A stretch of 64,000 nt of DNA from Clostridia bacterium (GTDB lineage Bacteria; Bacillota; Clostridia; Oscillospirales; Acutalibacteraceae): contig JAGAQV010000017.1 in NCBI GenBank assembly GCA_017622555.1, positions 3,169-67,168 of the forward strand, in the 5' to 3' direction. Shown piece by piece: positions 46,498 through 55,949 of this stretch (positions are counted from its first letter, which is position 1; each line of letters begins with the position of its first letter). Under the pieces are notes generated by a model. The model saw only the letters and a program-made list of their open reading frames with translations. It was not told where the DNA came from and did not search any database. The translations under genes and the position numbers were made by a program.

Positions 46498-47214
46498 TTA
46501 TTTTATAAGGTTATTAAGCTTTTCCTGAAGTTTTTTTACGCTTTCCAGATTTGCCGAATCAAAACGGTCAAATAAAAACTCACGGTTTAAAGCGTCATAC
46601 TTTGTTTTGCAAATTTTCTTAAACGGTAGTAATTCAACCTTTTTTACACAACTGTATTTTTTAACAATTTCCGAAAGCTTTAAAAGATTATCGTCATCAT
46701 CGTTAATAGTCGGAACAATAACCTGTCTAAGCCTTACGTTTTTACCCTTTTTGTTGAGCATCTCCAAAAACTCAAGCGGCTTTGAAAGCTGACAACCAAC
46801 GTATTTTTCATAATCATTGTTGTTTGTAAACTTAATATCAAGCATTACGTAATCGGTTTCGTCAATAAGCTTTTCAACCGCTGGGGTTATAACGCTACCG
46901 CTCGTATCAATGCAGGTATTTATGCCGTTTTGATGGCATTTTTTAAAAATTTCGGTTGCAAATTCTGGCTGTAAAATTGGCTCGCCACCCGAAAGGGTTA
47001 TGCCTCCTTCTTGACCGTAATATTCTTTATACCTTACTGCCTTTTGCACAATTTCTTCGCTTGTGTATTCCTTACCGCCGGCCATTTCCTGAGTTTCGGG
47101 GTTGTGGCAATAACCGCAATGAAGCGCGCAACCTTGCAAAAACACGACAAATCTTACCCCCGGCCCGTCAAGCGTGCCGAGGGTTTGAATTGAATTAACA
47201 AAGCCTTTTTCCAT
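46498..47214 (-). CDS. pflA: Pyruvate formate-lyase activating enzyme (radical SAM)
   Basis: CxxxCxxC cluster (GCALHCGYCHNPE). Translationally coupled to pflB (TAATG). Confidence 0.92.
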   Translation of the reverse strand: MEKGFVNSIQTLGTLDGPGVRFVVFLQGCALHCGYCHNPETQEMAGGKEYTSEEIVQKAVRYKEYYGQEGGITLSGGEPILQPEFATEIFKKCHQNGINTCIDTSGSVITPAVEKLIDETDYVMLDIKFTNNNDYEKYVGCQLSKPLEFLEMLNKKGKNVRLRQVIVPTINDDDDNLLKLSEIVKKYSCVKKVELLPFKKICKTKYDALNREFLFDRFDSANLESVKKLQEKLNNLIK

Positions 47215-49445
47215 TACATTGCCTCATGGAAGGTACGGCTGATAACTTCCTTTTGCTGTTCCTTAGAAAGCTTATGGAAATTAACCGCATAACCCGAAAC
47301 ACGAATTGTAAGGTTGGGGTAAGCTTCGGGGTTATTATAGGCTTCAATAAGAGTTTCACGGTTTAGAACGTTAACGTTGATATGGTGTGCCATTTTTGCA
47401 AAATAGCCGTCAAGAATAGCAACCAAATTACCGATTCTTTCCTCCTCGTCCCTACCAAGAGTTTCGGGAGTAATCGAGAAGGTATTTGAAATACCGTCAC
47501 GGCAGTCATCATAGCTGATTTTAGCAATTGAATTAAGTGAAGCAAGCGCACCGTTTTCCTCGCGGTTGTGCATGGGGTTTGCACCAGGTGCAAATGCCTC
47601 GCCTGCTTTTCTGCCGTCGGGGGTAGCACCCGTATTCTTACCGTACATTACGTTTGAAGTAATAGTAAGCACAGAAAGAGTGTGAATTGCATAGCGATAT
47701 GTCGGTGTTTTGCGAAGCTCGGTAATAGTTTTATGTGTAATTTCCTTTGCGATAAGGTCTACTCTGTCATCATCGTTGCCAAACTTGGGGAAATCACCCT
47801 CAATATCAAAATCAACAATATATCCCTTTTCATCTCTGATAGGCTTAACCTTGGCGTATTTAATTGCACTGAACGAGTCTGCAATAACCGAAAGACCTGC
47901 AATGCCAAAGGCCATAAGACGCTCTACCTCCGTATCGTGAAGCGCCATTTGTGACTTTTCGTAAGCATATTTATCGTGCATATAATGAATTATATTCATT
48001 GTATTAACGTAAAGATTTGCAAGCCATGAAAGGTATTCGTCAAAGCGCTTAACAACAGTGTCATAATCAAGCACCTCGTCAGCAATAACCTCTGCCTTGG
48101 GGCCAATTTCAATTTCGCTTGTGGTGTCATAACCGCCGTTTAAAGCAATAAGCAAAAGCTTAGGCAGGTTGCAGCGCGCACCAAAGAACTGCATTTGCTT
48201 ACCCACCTTCATAGCGCTTACACAGCAAGCAATTGCATAATCATCCCCATAAATTGGGCGCATTAAATCGTCATTTTCATACTGAATCGAGTCAGTATCA
48301 GCCGAAACCTTTGCGCAAAAACGCTTAAAGCCTTCGGGCAAAGCAGTTGACCATAAAACCGTAAGGTTCGGTTCGGGTGAGGAACCGAGTGTGTAAAGTG
48401 TATTAAGAATACGGAAGCTGTTTTTCGTAACAAGAGTACGGCCGTCCTCGCCCATACCGCCGACAGCTTCGGTAATCCACATTGGGTCGCCGCCGAAAAG
48501 CTCGTTGTATTCGGGTGTACGAAGATGACGTGCCATACGAAGCTTCATTACAAAGTCGTCAATAATTTCCTGCGCCCCTGTTTCAGTTAAAACACCGTTT
48601 TTAAGGTCACGTTCAATATAAATATCAAAGAAGGTTGAAACACGACCAAGTGACATTGCGGCACCGTTTTGTTCCTTTATAGCAGCAAGATATGCAAAAT
48701 AAGTCCACTGAACAGCTTCCTTTGTGTTAGAAGCAGGACCGCTTATGTCGTAACCGTACATTGCAGCCATTTCCTTCATAAGACCCAAGAAATTAATTTG
48801 CTGGGCAAGCTCTTCTCCAAGACGAATTTGCTCGGTCTTGAAGACAGTATTTTCAAGCTTAAGCTTGTCTAAACGCTTGCCTTCAATAAGACGGTCAATA
48901 CCGTAAAGCGCAACACGGCGATAGTCACCAATAATTCTGCCACGACCGTATGCATCGGGAAGACCCGTTATAACGTGGCAATGCCTTGCTTGGCGCATTT
49001 CCTTTGTATATGCACGGAAAACACCGTCATTATGGGTTGTACGGTATTTAAATTCGTCCTCGATTTTAGGAGAAACCTTGTAACCGTAAGCCGCACAAGC
49101 CTGACGAACCATACGCATACCGCCAAAGGGATTAAGACCTCGACGCAAGGGACGGTTTGTTTGAAGACCCACAATTATTTCGTTTTCCTTATCTAAATAA
49201 CCTGCTTCATAAGCAGTTAATGAAGAAACTGTTTCAGTATCAATATCCAAAACACCGTCAAACTGGCGCTCAACAGTCATAAGGGCTTCAAGCTTTTTCA
49301 TAAGAGCGCTTGTCCTTTCGGTTGCACCCGCTAAAAAGCTGCTGTCACCCTTATATTCAGTATAGTTTTGCTGAATAAAATCTCTTACGTTAATTTCATC
49401 CTGCCATACGCCCGGTTTAAAACCATTCCATTTTTCACTTGTCAT
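47214..49445 (-). CDS. pflB: Formate C-acetyltransferase (pyruvate formate-lyase)
   Basis: Glycyl-radical C-terminus (RVSGYAVNF) and active-site [11 protein letters not shown] 49445 follows a GGAGG RBS. Confidence 0.95.
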   Translation of the reverse strand: MTSEKWNGFKPGVWQDEINVRDFIQQNYTEYKGDSSFLAGATERTSALMKKLEALMTVERQFDGVLDIDTETVSSLTAYEAGYLDKENEIIVGLQTNRPLRRGLNPFGGMRMVRQACAAYGYKVSPKIEDEFKYRTTHNDGVFRAYTKEMRQARHCHVITGLPDAYGRGRIIGDYRRVALYGIDRLIEGKRLDKLKLENTVFKTEQIRLGEELAQQINFLGLMKEMAAMYGYDISGPASNTKEAVQWTYFAYLAAIKEQNGAAMSLGRVSTFFDIYIERDLKNGVLTETGAQEIIDDFVMKLRMARHLRTPEYNELFGGDPMWITEAVGGMGEDGRTLVTKNSFRILNTLYTLGSSPEPNLTVLWSTALPEGFKRFCAKVSADTDSIQYENDDLMRPIYGDDYAIACCVSAMKVGKQMQFFGARCNLPKLLLIALNGGYDTTSEIEIGPKAEVIADEVLDYDTVVKRFDEYLSWLANLYVNTMNIIHYMHDKYAYEKSQMALHDTEVERLMAFGIAGLSVIADSFSAIKYAKVKPIRDEKGYIVDFDIEGDFPKFGNDDDRVDLIAKEITHKTITELRKTPTYRYAIHTLSVLTITSNVMYGKNTGATPDGRKAGEAFAPGANPMHNREENGALASLNSIAKISYDDCRDGISNTFSITPETLGRDEEERIGNLVAILDGYFAKMAHHINVNVLNRETLIEAYNNPEAYPNLTIRVSGYAVNFHKLSKEQQKEVISRTFHEAM

Positions 49446-49520
49446 TTTATAAAATTCCTCCATGGAAAAAATCAATAAAAACAAAAATTTGGTATTTATC
49501 GGCCTAAAGCCGTACTATAT

Positions 49521-49549
49521 ATTGTATATCAAGCTTTAATTTTTGTCAA
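49521..49549 (-). promoter_or_regulatory. Sigma-A promoter for pflB, bracketed by an inverted repeat
   Basis: On the minus strand: TTGACA, 17 nt, TACAAT. TGTATAT (49523-49529) and ATATACA (49549-55) overlap the -10 and abut the -35. Confidence 0.55.
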
Positions 49550-49624
49550 TATACATTAATAACTATTTTGTAACAAATACTACTGACTTTTACGAAAAAA
49601 GTTATAAAAAATGAAAACTGCGCA

Positions 49625-49653
49625 TTGATATTTATTTTGTGTTATGTTACAAT
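49625..49653 (+). promoter_or_regulatory. Sigma-A promoter for the ACT/UPF0210 pair
   Basis: TTGATA, 17 nt, TACAAT. Confidence 0.5.
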
Positions 49654-49683
49654 ATCATAAACTATTATTACAAAGGTGATTTT

Positions 49684-49953
49684 ATGAAAACTGTTGTTTC
49701 GGTTATAGGCAAGGATGCCGTTGGCATTATTGCAAAAGTAAGTAATATTTGCAGTGAATGTAATGCCAATATTTTAGACATTACACAGTCAGTTTTACAG
49801 GATATGTTTGTAATGGTTATGCTAACTGAAATTAAGGAGCTTAACTGTACTTTTGCCGAATTTTCTGATAAAATGAAAGCACTTGGCAAGGAAAATAATC
49901 TTGATATACGTGTAATGCACGAGGATATATTTAATTCCATGCACAGAATTTAA
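49684..49953 (+). CDS. ACT-domain protein (UPF0237 family)
   Basis: 89 aa, [27 protein letters not shown]. The ORF-track start at 49639 is an extension. Confidence 0.8.
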   Translation: MKTVVSVIGKDAVGIIAKVSNICSECNANILDITQSVLQDMFVMVMLTEIKELNCTFAEFSDKMKALGKENNLDIRVMHEDIFNSMHRI

Positions 49954-49964
49954 GAGGTTTTAAA

Positions 49965-51323
49965 ATGATTAACATTCATGACATAATGGAAACCATAAAT
50001 ATGATTTCCGAAGAAAATCTTGACATACGCACAATTACAATGGGTATTTCCCTATTGGATTGCTGTGATAGTAACCCCGAAAAAGCGTGTGAAAAGATTT
50101 ATAATAAAATAACCCGCTTAGCAGGTAACCTTGTTAAAACAGGTGAAGACATTGAAAAGGAATTTGGTATTCCGATTATAAATAAGCGCATTTCGGTAAC
50201 CCCCATTGCTATGATAGTGGCATCTTCGGGCGGTGACCCCGTTATGTATGCCAAAACCCTTCAAAAAGCGGCAGATGCCACGGGTGTCAACTTTATCGGC
50301 GGTTATTCCGCTCTTGTACACAAAGGCTTTTCCGCAGGGGACGAAGCACTTATTCGTTCAATTCCACGCGCATTGTCAGAAACCACAAACGTTTGCTCAA
50401 GCGTTAACATAGGCTCGACAAAAGCGGGGATAAATATGGACGCTGTAAAGCTTATGGGACAGATTGTTCGTGAAACGGCCGAAATTACAGCTGACCGTGA
50501 ATGCATTGGCTGCGCAAAGCTGGTTGTTTTTTGCAACGCTGTTGAAGATAATCCCTTTATGGCAGGTGCTTTTCACGGCGTGGGCGAGCCCGACTGTGTT
50601 ATTCACGTCGGTGTTTCGGGTCCGGGTGTTGTGCAGGCCGCAATAAAGAAGCACCCGAACGCCACTTTGGGCGAACTTGCTGAAATTATAAAGCGTACCG
50701 CATTTAAAATTACAAGAATGGGTCAGCTAGTTGGTAATGAGGCTTCAAAACGTTTAGGTGTACCCTTTGGTATTGTTGACTTATCTCTTGCCCCCACCCC
50801 TGCGGTTGGTGACTCGGTTGCACATATTTTAGAAGAAATGGGTCTTGAATGCTGCGGTATTCATGGCACCACCGCCGCCTTGGCAATGCTTAACGATGCT
50901 GTCAAAAAGGGTGGCGTTATGGCTTCCTCTTACGTTGGCGGTCTTTCGGGCGCATTTATCCCCGTTACAGAAGATGCCGGTATGATTGATGCCGCACGCT
51001 CTGGTGACCTTACCCTTCAAAAGCTTGAAGCTATGACCGCCGTTTGCTCGGTTGGTCTTGATATGATAGCCATTCCAGGTGAAACCCCCGCCGAAGTTAT
51101 TTCGGCAATTATTGCAGATGAAGCCGCAATCGGTATGGTAAATTCAAAAACCACCGCCGTTCGTGTTATACCCGCAATTGGCAAAGTAAAGGGTGAAGAA
51201 CTTGACTTTGGCGGTCTTTTGGGCTCGGGTCCGATAATGGACGTTAACCTTAATAAATTACCCACTAAATTTATTGACCGTGCAGGTCGCATTCCCGCAC
51301 CGATGCAAAGTCTTAAAAATTAG
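49965..51323 (+). CDS. UPF0210/DUF711 (PFL-like fold) protein
   Basis: 452 aa. The [15 protein letters not shown]-terminal region is typical. Conserved pairing with the preceding ACT protein. Confidence 0.8.
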   Translation: MINIHDIMETINMISEENLDIRTITMGISLLDCCDSNPEKACEKIYNKITRLAGNLVKTGEDIEKEFGIPIINKRISVTPIAMIVASSGGDPVMYAKTLQKAADATGVNFIGGYSALVHKGFSAGDEALIRSIPRALSETTNVCSSVNIGSTKAGINMDAVKLMGQIVRETAEITADRECIGCAKLVVFCNAVEDNPFMAGAFHGVGEPDCVIHVGVSGPGVVQAAIKKHPNATLGELAEIIKRTAFKITRMGQLVGNEASKRLGVPFGIVDLSLAPTPAVGDSVAHILEEMGLECCGIHGTTAALAMLNDAVKKGGVMASSYVGGLSGAFIPVTEDAGMIDAARSGDLTLQKLEAMTAVCSVGLDMIAIPGETPAEVISAIIADEAAIGMVNSKTTAVRVIPAIGKVKGEELDFGGLLGSGPIMDVNLNKLPTKFIDRAGRIPAPMQSLKN

Positions 51324-51331
51324 GTGATTAT

Positions 51332-51805
51332 ATGAAGCTTTTATTTAAGCAACGCTTGTTTTCATGGTTTGACAGCTATGATATTTTTGATGAGGATGGC
51401 AACACAGTTTATGTTGTAAAGGGTCAGCTTTCGTGGGGACACCTTTTAAAAATTTACGACAAAAACGGCAATGAAGTTGGCACCGTTAAGCAAAAAATCT
51501 TTTCGCTTTTACCAAGATTTGAAATTTATAAGGGTGAACAGTACCTCGGATGCATCAGCCGAGAATTTTCATTTATTACACCCCGTTATAACATTGATTT
51601 TAACGGTTGGCAGGTTGAGGGCAATTGGTTTGAATGGGATTATAACATTTTAAATCAGCAAAATATTCCCGTTGCCGATATTTCAAAGCAAATTTGGAAC
51701 TGGACCGACACTTACATAATCGACGTTTTCAACCCGGATGATGCGTTATACGCTTTAATGCTTGTTTTGGCAATTGATGCCGAAAAATGCTCGAGAGATA
51801 ACTAA
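51332..51805 (+). CDS. LURP-one-related (DUF567, tubby-like fold) protein
   Basis: 157 aa, FSWFDSYDIFDEDGN...LLKIYDKNGNEVG pattern. Confidence 0.65.
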   Translation: MKLLFKQRLFSWFDSYDIFDEDGNTVYVVKGQLSWGHLLKIYDKNGNEVGTVKQKIFSLLPRFEIYKGEQYLGCISREFSFITPRYNIDFNGWQVEGNWFEWDYNILNQQNIPVADISKQIWNWTDTYIIDVFNPDDALYALMLVLAIDAEKCSRDN

Positions 51806-51840
51806 AAAAATGCCGTCACATAAGTGACGGCATTTAAATT
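51804..51840. terminator. Bidirectional intrinsic terminator
   Basis: A-run, stem atgccgtcac/gtgacggcat, T/A-rich tail, between convergent genes. Confidence 0.75.
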
Positions 51841-52464
51841 TTAATCATCCATTTTAAAGGAAAGTCGCATAAGACTGTCGCTAAAGTGAATATTTTGTAC
51901 TACAACACCGGGATGATTCATTGCAATATCGTAATGGCTGAAATTCCAAAAAGCCTTAACACCAAGCTTTATAAGCTGGGCGGAAATGCCCTCGGCCGCT
52001 TCCTTAGGTATGCATAAAATTGCAACCTGCGGTAAATTTTCACGGCAAAATTCATCCAAAGTGTCGGTACTGCGAATAGGCTGATTACGAACAACCTGAC
52101 CGACAAGTGATTCCTTAGAATCAAAAAGACCAATAAGATGAAAGCCCTTAGATTCAAAATTCATATGCATGGCAACGGCACGGCCTAAGTTACCCATACC
52201 TATAAGAATTGTATTTTTCGGTCTATCAAGCTTTAAAATTTGACCGATTTCTGACTGTAAAACCTCAATATTATAACCATAGCCCTGCTGACCGAAGCCA
52301 CCAAAACAGTTAAGGTCCTGCCTGATTTGGCTAGCCGTAAGACCCATTCTTTCAGAAAGCTCACGTGAAGAAATACGTTCCCTTCCCTGTGCTTTAAGCT
52401 CGCCTAAAAATCGATAATACCTCGGTAAGCGTTTAATTACCGATTCGGAAATTATACCACCCAT
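51841..52464 (-). CDS. rex: Redox-sensing transcriptional repressor Rex
   Basis: RLPRYYRFL, winged helix and GMGNLG Rossmann motif. Confidence 0.92.
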   Translation of the reverse strand: MGGIISESVIKRLPRYYRFLGELKAQGRERISSRELSERMGLTASQIRQDLNCFGGFGQQGYGYNIEVLQSEIGQILKLDRPKNTILIGMGNLGRAVAMHMNFESKGFHLIGLFDSKESLVGQVVRNQPIRSTDTLDEFCRENLPQVAILCIPKEAAEGISAQLIKLGVKAFWNFSHYDIAMNHPGVVVQNIHFSDSLMRLSFKMDD

Positions 52465-52564
52465 TTTATACTCCTATTTATATATGTATTCACACATAAA
52501 TAATAATTGAATTTTGTATCTTTGTCAAGTTGAAAAAATTTGCAAAAAATATTTTAAAAAACTA

Positions 52565-52592
52565 TTGACAAATAGAAAAAAGTCAGTATAAT
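52565..52592 (+). promoter_or_regulatory. Sigma-A promoter for perR-rbr
   Basis: TTGACA, 16 nt, TATAAT. Confidence 0.55.
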
Positions 52593-52597
52593 AAAAT

Positions 52598-52610
52598 AGT
52601 AATCATTACT
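52598..52610. promoter_or_regulatory. Fur/PerR-type operator (perfect 6-1-6 palindrome)
   Basis: AGTAAT-C-ATTACT lies immediately downstream of the -10. It resembles the 7-1-7 Per/Fur box core TAATnATTA. Confidence 0.55.
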
Positions 52611-52626
52611 GATTTGGGTGAAAAAT

Positions 52627-53004
52627 ATGAAAAACTATTCAAAACAGCGCGAAGCAATTCTAACTGTTTTGCGCGAAACAGATACTCACCCTACAGCAAA
52701 TTGGATTTACGAACAAGTTCGGGAAATAATACCCAATATAAGCTTGGGTACCGTTTACCGAAATCTTTCAGAGCTAAGTCGAAACGGTGATATTATAAGC
52801 CTTAACGTTGGCGACGGGTTTGAGCATTTTGATTATGACACTACCCCACACGCCCACCTGCACTGTAAAGAGTGTGGCTGTATTCACGATGCAAGGCTTG
52901 AATGTGACCCCTTGGCCGAGCTTTCGAAAAAAATGGGCTTTATGCCTGACACTACCATTTATGTAGCTTACGGTATCTGTCAAAACTGTAAAACAACAAA
53001 TTAA
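52627..53004 (+). CDS. perR: Fur-family transcriptional regulator (PerR-like)
   Basis: Winged helix (GTVYRNL), HxH...CxxC (HLHCKECG, C-terminal CQNC). Adjacent to rubrerythrin. Confidence 0.8.
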   Translation: MKNYSKQREAILTVLRETDTHPTANWIYEQVREIIPNISLGTVYRNLSELSRNGDIISLNVGDGFEHFDYDTTPHAHLHCKECGCIHDARLECDPLAELSKKMGFMPDTTIYVAYGICQNCKTTN

Positions 53005-53023
53005 ACTTTTGGAGGAAATTATT

Positions 53024-53566
53024 ATGAAAAAATATGTATGTCTTATCTGCGGTTATACTCACGAAGGTGATTCTGCTCCCAATGAGTGCCCCATCTGCCA
53101 CGCTCCCGCTTCTAAGTTCCAGGAACAGTCTGCTGAAAAAAGCTGGGCTGCTGAACACGTTGTAGGCGTTGCACAGGGCGTTGACCAGAGAATTATTGAC
53201 GGTCTTCGTGAAAACTTCAACGGCGAATGCTGTGAGGTTGGTATGTATCTTGCTATGGCACGTGTTGCTCATAGAGAAGGCTATCCCGAAATTGGTCTTT
53301 ATTGGGAAAAAGCAGCTTATGAAGAAGCTGAACACGCAGCAAAATTTGCTGAGCTTTTGGGCGAAGTTGTAACCGATTCCACCAAGAAAAACCTTGAAAT
53401 GCGTGTAGATGCTGAAAACGGCGCAACTCTCGGTAAGTTTGAGCTTGCAAAGCTTGCTAAAGAGCTCGGCCTTGATGCTATTCACGACACCGTTCACGAA
53501 ATGGCTCGTGATGAGGCTCGTCACGGTAAGGCATTTGAGGGTCTCCTCGGTCGTTATTTTAAATAA
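53024..53566 (+). CDS. rbr: Reverse rubrerythrin (N-terminal rubredoxin-like FeS4 domain + C-terminal di-iron four-helix bundle)
   Basis: N-terminal CLIC...CPIC, then ExxH di-iron motifs (EEAEH, DEARH). GGAGG RBS before ATG 53024. Confidence 0.88.
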   Translation: MKKYVCLICGYTHEGDSAPNECPICHAPASKFQEQSAEKSWAAEHVVGVAQGVDQRIIDGLRENFNGECCEVGMYLAMARVAHREGYPEIGLYWEKAAYEEAEHAAKFAELLGEVVTDSTKKNLEMRVDAENGATLGKFELAKLAKELGLDAIHDTVHEMARDEARHGKAFEGLLGRYFK

Positions 53567-53577
53567 TTAAATATTTA

Positions 53578-53607
53578 AGGGGAGTGGATAACCACTCCCC
53601 TTTTTTT
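53578..53607 (+). terminator. Intrinsic terminator after rbr
   Basis: Stem aggggagtgg/ccactcccct, T7. Confidence 0.8.
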
Positions 53608-53938
53608 ATTTATTTTCGTCATCCTGTCCTACTAGGCCTGCCGCCGCAGATACGGGAAGGCTAAACACAATGCCCTTGGTTTTCTTTGACATTTCAAGCT
53701 TATCATAAACCGCATTAAAAACATTATTTTTAATGCTTTTTTCAACAACCATCATTAAAATTTCTTTTTCGGAATGAATGCTTATGCCGAAAAATGCTGC
53801 CGCCTCTTCATTAGTAACGCCACGGGCGGTTAAAATTGTACCACCACGCACACCGCATTCACGTGCAACGTCCATAACATCATCGGCCAAACCTTCATTA
53901 ACAATGGCAAGAATAAGTTCATATTTATTGCTTGGCAT
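53606..53938 (-). CDS. P-II-family (GlnB-like fold) small protein
   Basis: 110 aa. The ELILAIVNEGLADDVMDVARECGVRGGTILTARG pattern is typical of P-II-like proteins. Confidence 0.7.
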   Translation of the reverse strand: MPSNKYELILAIVNEGLADDVMDVARECGVRGGTILTARGVTNEEAAAFFGISIHSEKEILMMVVEKSIKNNVFNAVYDKLEMSKKTKGIVFSLPVSAAAGLVGQDDENK

Positions 53939-53945
53939 AATAAAA

Positions 53946-54311
53946 TCATTCCTTTCCTAAACGGTTGTCAGATAAAAATTGGTAAACGTTTATACCGATA
54001 ATGCTTGACATTGGCACACAAAACGCAATGCCCTTACCCTTTTTAACCGTTTCAAATTTTTCCTGTAAAACCTTAATTGCAGCAGTCGCTGTATCCTTTT
54101 TAACGATACTTATAATTACCGATTTTTGACGGTTAAGGCCCAAAAGTTCTTGAAATTCGCTTGTCGCAGTACCAAGGCCTGACACTACAAACTGGCTGTT
54201 TATTTTAAACTGCGACAGCACGTCAACATAAAATTCAGTTTTAGAACGGTCAACAACTGTAAAAAGCAGTTCAAGCTTTTTTATTGACTGTTCGTTGACA
54301 ACGTTGCTCAT
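53946..54311 (-). CDS. Second P-II-like small protein
   Basis: 121 aa starting at ATG 54311 (AAGGAGG RBS). Same beta-alpha-beta periodicity (LELLFTVVDRSKTEFYVDVL). Confidence 0.6.
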   Translation of the reverse strand: MSNVVNEQSIKKLELLFTVVDRSKTEFYVDVLSQFKINSQFVVSGLGTATSEFQELLGLNRQKSVIISIVKKDTATAAIKVLQEKFETVKKGKGIAFCVPMSSIIGINVYQFLSDNRLGKE

Positions 54312-54321
54312 AGTGTCCTCC

Positions 54322-55845
54322 TTACATAAAATTGATAATTTGCTTATCGTCAGCAGTAATAATACGGCGCATTGCACGTCGTTCCTTAACAAATTCGCTT
54401 ACAATTGAACGGAAACCGAGAAGCTGAATTGTAATAAGCGGTGACAAGGCAACCAAGGCAACAACGCCGAAAGCATCGTTTAAAACCGCTTCTGACCCTT
54501 GAAGCATTACACAAACACCTGTTGCAAATGGCAAAATAAAGCCCGATGTCATAGGTCCACTTGCCACACCGCCCGAGTCAAACGCAATTGCCGTATAAAC
54601 CGGCGGCACCACAAGGGATAATAAAAGCGAAATGAAATAACCGGGGATAAGATAATAAACAATTGAAAAATCAAAAATAATGCGAATAATTGAAAGCGCA
54701 ATTGCGCTGCCAACACCAATACAAAGCCCCATAATCATTGACTTTTTGGTAATTGCACCGCCCGTAATTTCCTCAACCTGAGAATTTAGCACGTGAATTG
54801 CGGGCTCGGCCAAAACAACAAGCACACCAACCGCAAGACCAAACAAGGTTAAAAACACCTTACTAGTTTTTGCGAGCTCATATCCGATTTGGTAGCCGAT
54901 TGGCATAAAGCCAACGTTTACACCTGTTAAAAAGATAACCAAACCGATATATGTAAACACAACGCCCACACCTATTTTTTGAAGCTGACGCTTTGAAAGA
55001 TGCAGGAAAATAAAATTGCAAGCAAGGAAGAATGCCACAATCATTAAAAGGGCAATTCCAACCTCCTTTGCGGTGTGCGCCAAATTGTTTAAAAAGGCGT
55101 TTAAAACGTCGCTTGAAACGTTATAATCGGGCACGTTGTAAACCATTTTGTTTTTTGAAAAAATGCCAAGCAGCATAACAGCAATTATGGGTCCTACCGA
55201 GCAGAGCGCCACAAGACCGAAGCTGTTTTCTTTGGATTTTCTATCACCTAAAACGCTTGCTACACCGACACCAAGCGCCATTATAAAGGGCACAGTTATG
55301 GGGCCTGTGGTAACACCGCCCGAATCAAACGACAAGGGCAAAAGGCTTATATTACCGCTGACCGACAGCATTAAGGCCAAGGCAAAAACAAGCATATAGC
55401 AAAGCGCTAAGATAAGGGATAACGGCTTTTTAAAGATAATGCGCAAAATTGCCGCCATTAAAAATATACCTACACCAATACCCACGGTGTAAATCAGTAG
55501 TGTACCATTCATAACTGCGCTTACCTGCTTTGCAAGTACCTGTAAATCGGGCTCCGCCACGGTTATAAGCACACCCATCAAAAAGCAAACCGCAAGCAAA
55601 AGCCACAGCTTTTTTTGGCGTGAAAGCCCCGCACCCACTTGAACACCCATAGGTGTCATGGCAATATCGGCCCCAAGGTTAAAAAAGCCTATACCTAAAA
55701 TTAGCATTACCGCACCGACTGTAAAGGTGATAAGCTCGTATTTAGAAAAGTTAAAAAGCGGGGTTAATGCAAGAATATAAACAATAGCGGTTATTGGCAA
55801 CGCTGAAAGCAGCGCTTCCCGAATTTTACCCCAAAGCTGACTCAC
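54322..55845 (-). CDS. DUF1538-family polytopic membrane protein (duplicated domain)
   Basis: ~508 aa with an internal repeat: SFDSGGVTTGPITVPFIMALG in the first half and AFDSGGVASGPMTSGFILPFA in the second. GTG 55845 follows a GGAGG RBS. Confidence 0.7.
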   Translation of the reverse strand: MSQLWGKIREALLSALPITAIVYILALTPLFNFSKYELITFTVGAVMLILGIGFFNLGADIAMTPMGVQVGAGLSRQKKLWLLLAVCFLMGVLITVAEPDLQVLAKQVSAVMNGTLLIYTVGIGVGIFLMAAILRIIFKKPLSLILALCYMLVFALALMLSVSGNISLLPLSFDSGGVTTGPITVPFIMALGVGVASVLGDRKSKENSFGLVALCSVGPIIAVMLLGIFSKNKMVYNVPDYNVSSDVLNAFLNNLAHTAKEVGIALLMIVAFFLACNFIFLHLSKRQLQKIGVGVVFTYIGLVIFLTGVNVGFMPIGYQIGYELAKTSKVFLTLFGLAVGVLVVLAEPAIHVLNSQVEEITGGAITKKSMIMGLCIGVGSAIALSIIRIIFDFSIVYYLIPGYFISLLLSLVVPPVYTAIAFDSGGVASGPMTSGFILPFATGVCVMLQGSEAVLNDAFGVVALVALSPLITIQLLGFRSIVSEFVKERRAMRRIITADDKQIINFM

Positions 55846-55912
55846 CTTTTTCACCTCCGATACAGTATCTAATTTATTATATCAAATTTCTTTATTTAAA
55901 ACAACCCTGAAA

Positions 55913-55943
55913 CAAAAAAGAAGATGCCCGAAGGCATCCTCTT
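55913..55943 (-). terminator. Intrinsic terminator after the AGCS gene
   Basis: On the minus strand: stem gaggatgcc/ggcatcttc with a UUCG loop, then a U-run. Confidence 0.75.
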
Positions 55944-55949
55944 TAAGTA

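Noticed and set aside
52476-52500. A Rex-operator-like half-site (TGTGAATACA on the minus strand) downstream of the rex promoter, and TTGTGTTATGTTACAA at 49636-49651.
   Set aside because: Neither matches the full TTGTGAA-N4-TTCACAA palindrome. Only one half-site or the outer TTGT/ACAA bases agree, which is too weak to call.
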